A DNA stretch of 64,000 nucleotides from Candidatus Omnitrophota bacterium (GTDB lineage: Bacteria > Omnitrophota > Gorgyraeia > Gygaellales > Profunditerraquicolaceae): NCBI GenBank assembly GCA_041650795.1, contig JBAZKK010000002.1:10731-74730 (forward strand). The letters run 5' to 3'. The translations under genes were made by a program, and so were the position numbers. Positions 1 to 7,802 of this stretch are shown here, piece after piece; the first letter of the stretch is position 1; each line of letters begins with the position of its first letter. Below the pieces are notes generated by a model. It searched no databases and was not told the DNA's origin. It was given only the letters and a program-made list of their open reading frames with translations.

Positions 1-282
1 CGCAAGAAGATCTTAAACGGCATTATCAAGGCCTGCGAGAAACGCCCTATCAGCATCGAGAACATGGAAGACACCGTTACCCAGATCGAGCGCACGATCC
101 AAAAGAAATACGAGCGCGAGGTCCCTGCGGAGAAAATCGGGGAGCTGGTAGCCGAGAAGCTCAAGGCGCTGGACGACGTCGCCTACGTGAGGTTTGCGTC
201 CGTCTATCGGCAGTTCAGGGACGTAGGGCAGTTTATGGTGGAACTGGAAGATATGCTTAAAAAAGATAAACGCAAACGCTAA
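1..282 (+). CDS. nrdR: Transcriptional repressor NrdR, C-terminal ATP-cone portion (5' end lies outside the window)
   Basis: Frame 1 is open from base 1 (RKKILNGIIKACEKRPISIENMEDTV...). ATP-cone-like sequence KIGELVAEKLKALDDVAYVRFASVYRQF is typical of NrdR. Confidence 0.85.
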   Translation, partial: RKKILNGIIKACEKRPISIENMEDTVTQIERTIQKKYEREVPAEKIGELVAEKLKALDDVAYVRFASVYRQFRDVGQFMVELEDMLKKDKRKR

Positions 283-295
283 AGGATAAACGGCT

Positions 296-706
296 ATGTT
301 AGAGATGGAATTAAACAAAATCGTAATTGACGAGAAAAGGCATGATCAGCTTATCGTGCTAAAGGAGAAAAACGGCAACCGCGTCCTGCCGATCGTAATC
401 GGGCTGGCTGAGGCCTCGGCGATAAAATTGAAAATCAGCGGTTTCAATCCTCCCCGGCCGCTGACCCACGACCTTTTTTACAGCGCTATAGAAAACCTCA
501 ATGCCGCGGTAGAGCGGATTATTATCGATAAATTAGAAGACAGCACCTTTCATGCAAAGCTCGTTCTTAAGGCCGCCTCCGGAGAAAGCAAGGTCATCGA
601 TGCCCGCCCGTCTGACAGCATTGCCCTGGCAGTCAGGGCGCGCGCCCCCATCTTCGTAGAGGACGAGGTGCTGAAGAATTCCGAGATGTTCAAAGAGAAT
701 CAATGA
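296..706 (+). CDS. Bifunctional nuclease (BFN/DUF151) family protein
   Basis: LPIVIGLAEASAI, RPLTHDL and IDARPSDSIALAVRARAPIFV match the family signature. ATGA overlap with the next gene. Confidence 0.8.
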   Translation: MLEMELNKIVIDEKRHDQLIVLKEKNGNRVLPIVIGLAEASAIKLKISGFNPPRPLTHDLFYSAIENLNAAVERIIIDKLEDSTFHAKLVLKAASGESKVIDARPSDSIALAVRARAPIFVEDEVLKNSEMFKENQ

Positions 707-1176
707 AGATCGGCGTCATATCAGACAGTCACGATAACATCCCGCGGCTGGAGAAAGCCGTGCGTTTCTTTAACAGAAAAAAGGTGGGTTTCCTGTTGCA
801 TGCCGGGGATTTTATAGCCCCATTTGCAGCGCAAAAGCTGAATCTTCTCGAAATGCCCTGGCAGGGGGTATTCGGCAATAACGACGGTGAGAGAAGCGGC
901 CTGACTAAAATTTCCGCCGGCAGGATCCGGCAAGGCCCTTTAAGGCTGCGGCTGGAAGGCAGGAGGATTACCCTGGTACACGATATCAACAGCATCAACC
1001 CTCATACAGAGAAAGCAGACCTTATAGTCTTTGGCCATACCCATAAGCCGGAGGTTAACAAGATTGAAGGCAAGCTTATCGTTAATCCCGGGGAATGCGG
1101 CGGTTGGCTTAGCGATAGAGCCACCGCGGCAATCGTGGATTTAAGTAAACTCAGCGCCAGTATTATTAAAATCTAG
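703..1176 (+). CDS. YfcE/MJ0936-type metallophosphoesterase
   Basis: Metallophosphoesterase motifs GVISDSHDN, HAGDF, GNNDGE and GHTHKP, in a protein of about 157 aa. Confidence 0.8.
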   Translation: MKIGVISDSHDNIPRLEKAVRFFNRKKVGFLLHAGDFIAPFAAQKLNLLEMPWQGVFGNNDGERSGLTKISAGRIRQGPLRLRLEGRRITLVHDINSINPHTEKADLIVFGHTHKPEVNKIEGKLIVNPGECGGWLSDRATAAIVDLSKLSASIIKI

Positions 1177-1185
1177 ATTCCCTTC

Positions 1186-2628
1186 ATGTCTCTCGCCCCT
1201 GAACCCCAGACCAAAAAACTACTGCAGGATATCCTGTGTTTTTCTAGGAAGAAAAAAGCAGGACTTTATCTGGTAGGGGGTTATCTGCGCGACCTCGTTT
1301 TAAGGCGCCGAAGGCAAAACCCCGATATCGACATCTGTCTCCAAAAAGGAGCCATTAGCTTTGGCGGTACCCTTGCCAGATATCTTAAGGCGGGTTTCGT
1401 AGTTCTGGACAGGGAGCATGGCTCCTGCCGCCTCGTCAAGAACATTAAGGATAGGGTCTATACCCTGGATTTTTCTGATTGGCGCGGCCCTACCCTCCAG
1501 GACGACTTGCTGCACCGCGATTTCACAATCAATACCATGGCTTTAGGGTTGGAAGATGCGTTGGTTCGGAAGCCGCAGCGCGGCAGCTGGATTGACCTTT
1601 ATGGAGCAGGCAAGGACCTGAAGGCCAAGTTAATCCGTATCGTAAACCCCCGTGCCTTTGATGAAGACCCCCTAAGGATCCTAAGGGCATTTAGCCTGGC
1701 TGCAATCCTCGGTTTTAAAATTGAAAAACAAACCCTTTCCCTTGCGCAGGCAAAAGCCGCCAAGCTACGGCGCGTTTCTTTTGAGCGCATACGCGATGAG
1801 TTGTTTAAAATTCTGGATACGCCGCATTCCTATAAGCACTTTTTGCTTATGGACGGCCTGGGGATTCTTAGGTTCATTATCCCCGAGTTTGAGCCGATGC
1901 GCGGGGTAAACCAGGGGCCTTACCATCATCTGGATATCCTAAAACATACCTTTGAGACATTGAGGCAGCTGGAACTTTTGTTGGAGGAGTTGCGCTATAA
2001 AAAGCAGTTGAGTAGTTATCTCGATGAATCCCTTTCGGCCGGCAGAAGGCGCCTTGCCCTGCTTAAATTGGGCGCCCTGTTGCATGATGTCGGTAAACCG
2101 CGGGCAAGGAGGCGGGAGGGGAGTAAGATCAAGTTTCACGGCCATGAAAGGATAGGTTGCCGTATCTCGGGTGAAATTTCACGGCGGCTTAGGCTTTCCA
2201 ATTCGGAATGGCGGGCGTTAGAGAAGATGGTTTTCTGGCACTTGCGTCCCGGCTACCTCGGAGATAATGAAGAGCCTACGCGCCGGGCAATATTCCGTTA
2301 CATGCGCGATACTGCCGAAGAAGCAGCAAGCGTGCTCCTCGTATCCCTGGCTGACCAGCGTGCCACGCGGGGGTCTCTTACTACCCGCAGCTCGCGCCTC
2401 AGGCATGAAAGGGTCTGTTTCAGGTTGATAGGAGAGTATTTCAAAGAAAAGAAGAAAAAGTCGCCAGAGAAGTTTGTTACGGGAGATGACCTGATCAGGG
2501 AATTGGGGTTATCACCCTCTCCGCTTATCGGCAAGCTCCTGAGGGAGCTCAGGGAATTACAGGCAATCGGCAGGATTACTAACCGCCAGCAAGCCCTGGA
2601 AGCTGCCGGGAAATACCTAAAGAGGTAA
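1186..2628 (+). CDS. cca: CCA-adding enzyme / poly(A) polymerase family tRNA nucleotidyltransferase with HD domain
   Basis: GGYLRDLVL..DIDI nucleotidyltransferase motif, RDFTINTMA, and C-terminal HD motif LLHDVGKP / HGHERIG. Confidence 0.75.
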   Translation: MSLAPEPQTKKLLQDILCFSRKKKAGLYLVGGYLRDLVLRRRRQNPDIDICLQKGAISFGGTLARYLKAGFVVLDREHGSCRLVKNIKDRVYTLDFSDWRGPTLQDDLLHRDFTINTMALGLEDALVRKPQRGSWIDLYGAGKDLKAKLIRIVNPRAFDEDPLRILRAFSLAAILGFKIEKQTLSLAQAKAAKLRRVSFERIRDELFKILDTPHSYKHFLLMDGLGILRFIIPEFEPMRGVNQGPYHHLDILKHTFETLRQLELLLEELRYKKQLSSYLDESLSAGRRRLALLKLGALLHDVGKPRARRREGSKIKFHGHERIGCRISGEISRRLRLSNSEWRALEKMVFWHLRPGYLGDNEEPTRRAIFRYMRDTAEEAASVLLVSLADQRATRGSLTTRSSRLRHERVCFRLIGEYFKEKKKKSPEKFVTGDDLIRELGLSPSPLIGKLLRELRELQAIGRITNRQQALEAAGKYLKR

Positions 2629-2667
2629 AACAAGATTATAAAAGTCATAAATTTAATCCGCAGCCAG

Positions 2668-3273
2668 GTGCGTACTTTTAGGATACCCTGGGTAACGGGG
2701 GTTGCCGAAAAAAAGGACCCCTACCGCGTTTTGGTTTCCTGCATTTTGAGCTTAAGGACGAAAGATAAGACCACGGCCGAGGCAAGTTCCAGGCTGTTTG
2801 AGGCGGCGGATAACCCCTCTCGCATGCTCGCTCTCAAGAAATCCAGGATATCCAGGCTTATTTATCCTGTGGGGTTCTACCGCAATAAAGCCAGGTATGT
2901 CAGAGAGCTGAGTGTCCAGATTATCGATGATTTCTACGGAAGGGTCCCTGATAATTTAGAGGACCTCTTGCAGCTCAAGGGGGTAGGCAGGAAAACCGCT
3001 AATCTGGTTCTGGGCCTGGGTTACGGGATACCCGCTATCTGCGTGGATACCCATGTGCATCGCATCTCAAACCGTCTGGGTTGGGTAAGGACGGGGACTC
3101 CCGAGGATACGGAACCTGCGCTGATGAAGTTATTGCCCCGCAGATACTGGATTGAGTTGAATACGCTCCTGGTCGCTTTTGGGCAGCACATCTGCCTTCC
3201 GGTTTCTCCGCTATGCAGCCTCTGCCGCGTTAGCGGATTATGCCCTAAAAAAGGAGTCAAGCAGCGGCGCTAA
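2668..3273 (+). CDS. nth: Endonuclease III (HhH-GPD DNA glycosylase with 4Fe-4S cluster loop)
   Basis: [15 protein letters not shown] helix-hairpin-helix, [10 protein letters not shown], and terminal Cys cluster [17 protein letters not shown]. Apparent GTG start. Confidence 0.8.
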   Translation: MRTFRIPWVTGVAEKKDPYRVLVSCILSLRTKDKTTAEASSRLFEAADNPSRMLALKKSRISRLIYPVGFYRNKARYVRELSVQIIDDFYGRVPDNLEDLLQLKGVGRKTANLVLGLGYGIPAICVDTHVHRISNRLGWVRTGTPEDTEPALMKLLPRRYWIELNTLLVAFGQHICLPVSPLCSLCRVSGLCPKKGVKQRR

Positions 3274-3337
3274 AATGTTAAAGCCCTTGCCTTGGCAGGG
3301 ATTACTGTGTAGAATAAAAGGGCCGATACCTAAAATT

Positions 3338-3853
3338 ATGCTTAACCGCGAAGAATTAGAAGGTTTAATAGTAAAAGACAAGCTCATCGAGGGGTATATG
3401 GACCTCAAGACGCAGCTTACCCCTAATGGCTTTGACCTTACCGCAGAGAAGATATTCGAATTTGACGAGGCAGGTGCATTGGACTTTTCTAATAAGGAGC
3501 GTCGTCTCCCCAAGGGCCGCGAGCTCATCCCCCAAAAATCCGCAACAGAAGATAAGTTCGGCTGGTGGGATTTGAAAAAAGGCATATACAAGGTAAGGAC
3601 TAACGAGGCGGTAAATATGCCCCGCGACCTGGCAGGCCTGGCTTTTACGCGTACCTCATTATTGAGGATGGGTGTTTTTACCCAGCACGGGGTCTGGGAT
3701 GCGGGGTTTCGCGGCAAGAGCGAATTTGTGTTAGTAATAGATAATCCTAAGGGAGCAAGGATTAAGCAAAACGCCAGGGTGGCGCAGATGGTTTTCTTGA
3801 GGATTAACGAGACGCAGGATGGCTACCAAGGCATCTACAACAACATAAAGTAG
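3338..3853 (+). CDS. dCTP deaminase / dUTPase-fold (Dcd-Dut family) protein
   Basis: LTPNGFDLT and GVWDAGFRGKSEFVLVIDN are trimeric dUTPase-fold motifs. The ORF-track start at 3179 overlaps nth, so the in-frame ATG at 3338 (MLNREELEG) was chosen. Confidence 0.7.
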   Translation: MLNREELEGLIVKDKLIEGYMDLKTQLTPNGFDLTAEKIFEFDEAGALDFSNKERRLPKGRELIPQKSATEDKFGWWDLKKGIYKVRTNEAVNMPRDLAGLAFTRTSLLRMGVFTQHGVWDAGFRGKSEFVLVIDNPKGARIKQNARVAQMVFLRINETQDGYQGIYNNIK

Positions 3854-3910
3854 GGACGGTTCTCAAGTGTGGTTAAAACTGTCCCCTAAAGGGACACATC
3901 TAACCGTACT
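3854..3910. repeat. Intergenic palindromic repeat family 1, copy A (degenerate right end)
   Basis: GGGACGGTTCTCAAG... begins directly after the stop codon. Internal hairpin TGTCCC-CTAAA-GGGACA (3880-3896). The right end TAACCGTAC is a decayed version of the inverted terminus. Confidence 0.75.
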
Positions 3911-3927
3911 TATCCTTAAAAGGGAAT

Positions 3928-4884
3928 ATGGTTATAAAGGATACGGAGATTAAGATTGTGCAGGGCGATATCACGGCACTAGAGGTTGATGCTATCGTCA
4001 ATGCCGCCAATAACAAGCTACTGATGGGTGGCGGGGTTGCCGGGGAGATTAAAAGAAGAGGCGGCAAGATCATTGAGGAAGAGGCAATAAACAAAGGCCC
4101 CATCAAGATAGGGGAAGCGGCGGTTACCTCTGCGGGAGCGCTCTCCGCCAGATACGTGATTCATGCCGCAACCATGGGCATGGATTTTAAAACCGACGAG
4201 ATAAAAATAAGAGATTCTGCCAGGAGCGCATTGAAGGCAGCCGAAGAGCTGAAAATAAATTCTATTGCCTTTCCGGCGCTCGGCTGCGGAGTGGGCGGGT
4301 TTCCTCTTTTGGCTTCAGCCAAGATTATGGCCCAGGAGGCACTCAGGCACTTACGCAGCGCAGACAGCAGCCTGCGGGAGATTATATTCTGCCTTTATGA
4401 TAAAGAGGCCTTTGATATTTTTGATAAAGGAGTAATCGGTTACCTGGATTACGTAACGCATAAGCTTGTAGCCGGACCTTTCCTTACCGTAGATGCCATC
4501 ATTGAGGTGGAGGAAACGGGCAAAGAGCCCGGCATTATCATCATCCAACGCAGTAATCCTCCTTTTGGCTGGGCCATCCCAGGCGGATTCGTGGATTACG
4601 GAGAAAGCCTGGAGGATGCCGTTAAAAGGGAAGCTAAGGAGGAAACCGGCATGGAGTTGACCGATATCCGTCAACTCCACACATATTCCGACCCCTCCCG
4701 CGACCCGCGTTTTCACACGGTCTGCACGGTATTTATTGCCAAAGGTAAAGGTAAGCCCAGGGCAGGAGACGACGCGGCGGGCCTGAAGGTGATTAAATTA
4801 AGCGAAATCAAAAAATTCAATTTCGCCTTTGACCACGGAGGAATCCTGAGGGACTATCTGAAAAAAAAGCAGCTCGCCGGTTAA
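3928..4884 (+). CDS. Macro domain (ADP-ribose binding/deacylase) fused to a NUDIX hydrolase
   Basis: N-terminal IVQGDITALEVDAIVNAANNKLLMGGGVAGEI and IAFPALGCGVGGFP are macro-domain motifs. The C-terminal half has a Nudix box GGFVDYGESLEDAVKREAKEETG. Confidence 0.8.
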   Translation: MVIKDTEIKIVQGDITALEVDAIVNAANNKLLMGGGVAGEIKRRGGKIIEEEAINKGPIKIGEAAVTSAGALSARYVIHAATMGMDFKTDEIKIRDSARSALKAAEELKINSIAFPALGCGVGGFPLLASAKIMAQEALRHLRSADSSLREIIFCLYDKEAFDIFDKGVIGYLDYVTHKLVAGPFLTVDAIIEVEETGKEPGIIIIQRSNPPFGWAIPGGFVDYGESLEDAVKREAKEETGMELTDIRQLHTYSDPSRDPRFHTVCTVFIAKGKGKPRAGDDAAGLKVIKLSEIKKFNFAFDHGGILRDYLKKKQLAG

Positions 4885-4918
4885 AGCAGCAATAATCTAT
4901 ATTAAATTATAATAGAAT

Positions 4919-4962
4919 CCTTACCGTATATTAGCAGACTACTGCGGTGGGGATTTTTTTAT
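4919..4962 (+). terminator. Possible intrinsic terminator after the Macro-NUDIX gene
   Basis: CCTTACCG (4919-4926) can pair with CGGTGGGG (4945-4952), including two G-U pairs, followed by ATTTTTTTATTATTTT. The loop is long (18 nt), so the call is weak. Confidence 0.35.
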
Positions 4963-5169
4963 TATTTTATGGAAAGAAAGCGTTTTCTAAAATATGCTTT
5001 ATAGCATTGAAGATGATAGCGTAACATATTATACTTGAAACAGATGCTGTATTTATAGCCTTTCTTTTATTAATATGTGAAAATAATAATATCACACTAA
5101 ACAATAAAATGCCGCGCCAACCCCAAATATTTTTATAAATATCAATAGAAAAAAGAGGGGATGCTTTGA

Positions 5170-7755
5170 ATGAATAGAGTTAATTTTATCATAGCGCTGT
5201 TGTTAGCATCGGCGGTGAGCAGTCCATTAACCGGCGTAGCCTTGGCCCACAGGAATTTTAATGGTATAGATTACGGCTATACCGAAATACGGATTCCTGC
5301 TATAGACAAACAAGAATGGAAAATGATAAAAAATTTAGATAAACCTGCTGTTTCAGTTTCTACAATTGATATCGAGCCTTTTCTTAAAATATTATTGAAC
5401 TCCGCAGCCAAACCCGAAGAGCGTATTGAGGCGGCTGATGCTTTGGCTGCGGCGGTTACAGATTCCAGCAGCACCATGACAGATGAGACTAAAGGCGAGA
5501 TTGTTGGAGCCTTAGTTCAGGTTTTAGGAAGCTCGACTGAGGCTGAAGTCCGCATAGGAGCGGCTAATGCCTTAGGCAAGATAGGAGATCCTATCACTAG
5601 TAAGGCATTAAGGTATTGGAGTAAAAATGCCGCTGATGATGGCATTAAGGCTGCTGCTGCGGATGCCCTTAAGAATATAAGCGGCGCTGATATCATGACT
5701 AGCGAAGAGGCGTTTCAAATATTATTGAACTCCGGAGCCGAACCCGATGAACGCGTTAATTCAGCTAATACTTTGGCTGGATTGGCTAAGTCAGGCACCC
5801 AAGATGATAAGAACGAGATTGTTGGAGCCTTAGTCCAGGTTTTAGGGAGCTCGACTGAGGCTGAAGTCCGCATAGGAGCGGCTAGCGCCTTAGGAGCGAT
5901 AGGGGATTCAAGCGCTATTGAGGCTTTAACGTATTGGAGCGCACATGCCGGTGATAAAGGCATACGGGATGCTTCAAGCGCAGCCCTTGAATTAATAAAG
6001 GGCAGTAGCGTTACAGGAGCCTCTAGCGTTTCGGAGGATGACGCTGGCGAAATACAAGCCCCGCTTGGAACTGTCGGCATAGAGAACGACGCTTTTGCCG
6101 GCGCTACCGGATTTTTCAGCGCTAACAAGTTTGATGATAATCCAATGGCCGGTAATGTTCAGGACACCTGTTCCATTGAATCCCGTGTCCCCTACAATGA
6201 TAAGATTCTTAGTGATCCCAGAGCCGGAACTGATCCGATTATTGAAAGCATGGGTCTTTTTATCCTCAATAATAGTAATGAGGATTTAACAGCCTCTGCC
6301 ATCCAGGATAAGCCTCAAGAGGATGTTGTTGATTCGTCCGGTCTTAATGGAGAGGAGTTAAATGCCCCTGAAGGTTTAAATGATGCCAAAATCGCAAACC
6401 ACGATCTAACTGCTGAACTCGGCTCAGGCAGTGAAGTTTCTTCGTTTTCTGGGCAACCACAGGTATTTTATGTTAATACCCTCCTTCCGGATAGTTATAA
6501 AACACTCCAGACTACTCTAAAGGTAGATGAGGCAGGAAAGGGTTGGTTTCCGGATAACCTAAGATCCCGTCCTATTCCAGATGATAGCGCTCCGAGCGAT
6601 ATTAAAGGCAAGGCGACGATACCTCTGGAGAAAAACCGGCAACTCCTTAACTATCTTAATGTTGACGGTAAGGGTAATAGCAGGTATGAAAAGACCGGGA
6701 TTTCTACCTGGTGCAATATATTTGTTTGGGATTATACCAGCATGCGTGGTTATGAGGTTCCGCATTGGCTCAATGGGGGGGAGTTGTCAGCTAATGGGGT
6801 TAGCGAATGGTTGCAGAATGCCGGAGATTATGGCTGGGAGGAGGTTTCCCCTGAAAAGGCTCAAAACCTGTCAAATGAAGGATATGTAGTAGTAGCAGCT
6901 CAGCGCAATGCAGGAGGCACCGGCCATGTCGCAATAGTCATACCGGAAGAGTTAGCTCAAGAGGGGATAGAGGCAGGCATAGGTAAGGATGGCAAATTTT
7001 ACCCTATTATAGCTCAGGCAGGTCAAAAGAATTTCGTCGGTAGGCGAGCCGATGACCCGAATGCCTTTTCTGCCGATGGGGCAAAGATAAGTTATTATGT
7101 AAATAGACTTCCAGGAGGATATGAATTGGAACCCCCAACTCCGCTATATTTTGCAGGTGAGGATAATTATCATGAGCTGACGCATGAAAATGCGACTGTG
7201 GAGCCTAGGCTGATCGTGCTTCATAGCGACCTTGGTAACGGTACGACCGAGAATACCTACAATGGCTTATCGGCTATTGTTATGGACCGCCCCACAGCGG
7301 TTTATAATAGCAATGGTGAGCTAATAGGGGATAAGGAAGTGGATCGTAGTAGTAATGTGCATTTTGCAGTCGGCAGGGATGGAACGGTATGGCAACTTCT
7401 GCCTATGTATGAAGATTCGGTAAACGTATCTTACGGGGTGTTCGGTTATCGTGATGCTATAAGTATTGAGATGGGGGGAACGCTAGAACAGTTTAAAGGC
7501 GACAATATTTCCGAAGAACAATTAAATGCTACACTGGACCTTGTTATTAACATAATGGTTCAATATAATATTAAATATGACAATGTGTTGGGGCATTATG
7601 AGTGTGACACTGCTACTTATGCGAACGGCGATACCTGGGACCGGGGAAAGTCTGACCCCGGAGTTGAGTTTATGCAGGTATTCCGGGTCCGCCTGGCGCA
7701 GGAGCTTAATGCGCGGCATCTTGATTTTGGCCAACCGGCTGATCTTATGTTATAA
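5170..7755 (+). CDS. Exported multidomain cell-wall hydrolase: signal peptide, two HEAT-like repeat modules, CHAP/NlpC-P60-like Cys-His domain, Amidase_2 (N-acetylmuramoyl-L-alanine amidase) domain
   Basis: Signal peptide MNRVNFIIALLLASAVSSPLTGVALA. HEAT-like EVRIGAANALGKIGD occurs twice. STWCNIFVWDY (Cys515) and GTGHVAIVIPE (His586) form a candidate Cys-His pair. Amidase_2 motifs are IVLHSD, HFAVGRDG, ISIEMGG and LGHYECD...KSDPG. Confidence 0.75.
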   Translation: MNRVNFIIALLLASAVSSPLTGVALAHRNFNGIDYGYTEIRIPAIDKQEWKMIKNLDKPAVSVSTIDIEPFLKILLNSAAKPEERIEAADALAAAVTDSSSTMTDETKGEIVGALVQVLGSSTEAEVRIGAANALGKIGDPITSKALRYWSKNAADDGIKAAAADALKNISGADIMTSEEAFQILLNSGAEPDERVNSANTLAGLAKSGTQDDKNEIVGALVQVLGSSTEAEVRIGAASALGAIGDSSAIEALTYWSAHAGDKGIRDASSAALELIKGSSVTGASSVSEDDAGEIQAPLGTVGIENDAFAGATGFFSANKFDDNPMAGNVQDTCSIESRVPYNDKILSDPRAGTDPIIESMGLFILNNSNEDLTASAIQDKPQEDVVDSSGLNGEELNAPEGLNDAKIANHDLTAELGSGSEVSSFSGQPQVFYVNTLLPDSYKTLQTTLKVDEAGKGWFPDNLRSRPIPDDSAPSDIKGKATIPLEKNRQLLNYLNVDGKGNSRYEKTGISTWCNIFVWDYTSMRGYEVPHWLNGGELSANGVSEWLQNAGDYGWEEVSPEKAQNLSNEGYVVVAAQRNAGGTGHVAIVIPEELAQEGIEAGIGKDGKFYPIIAQAGQKNFVGRRADDPNAFSADGAKISYYVNRLPGGYELEPPTPLYFAGEDNYHELTHENATVEPRLIVLHSDLGNGTTENTYNGLSAIVMDRPTAVYNSNGELIGDKEVDRSSNVHFAVGRDGTVWQLLPMYEDSVNVSYGVFGYRDAISIEMGGTLEQFKGDNISEEQLNATLDLVINIMVQYNIKYDNVLGHYECDTATYANGDTWDRGKSDPGVEFMQVFRVRLAQELNARHLDFGQPADLML

Positions 7756-7802
7756 AGTAGCTTTTTCTAAATATGTATTAGGTATATCAGATAGAATATC
7801 AG

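Noticed and set aside
3179-3337. Upstream extension of the dut/dcd-like ORF into the end of nth
   Set aside because: The extension overlaps nth in another frame and is not part of the dUTPase fold. ATG 3338 gives a protein of family-typical size.
3338-3853. dCTP-deaminase-type anti-phage defence gene
   Set aside because: The protein is a minimal ~171-aa Dcd/Dut-fold enzyme without the extra domains reported for defensive dCTP deaminases. It follows nth in a housekeeping-looking operon, upstream of the first repeat.
5389-6010. HEAT-module duplication as a diversity-generating retroelement (template/variable repeat pair)
   Set aside because: Mismatches between the two copies are not restricted to adenine positions (they include T/C, A/G and multi-base changes). 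Both copies are in-frame parts of one ORF, and no reverse transcriptase is nearby.
7756-7802. Bidirectional terminator between the convergent lysin and helicase genes
   Set aside because: Only a direct repeat (ATATCAG twice) and an imperfect short palindrome (CTAAATATGTATTAG) are present. There is no stable GC-rich stem and no flanking T/A runs.
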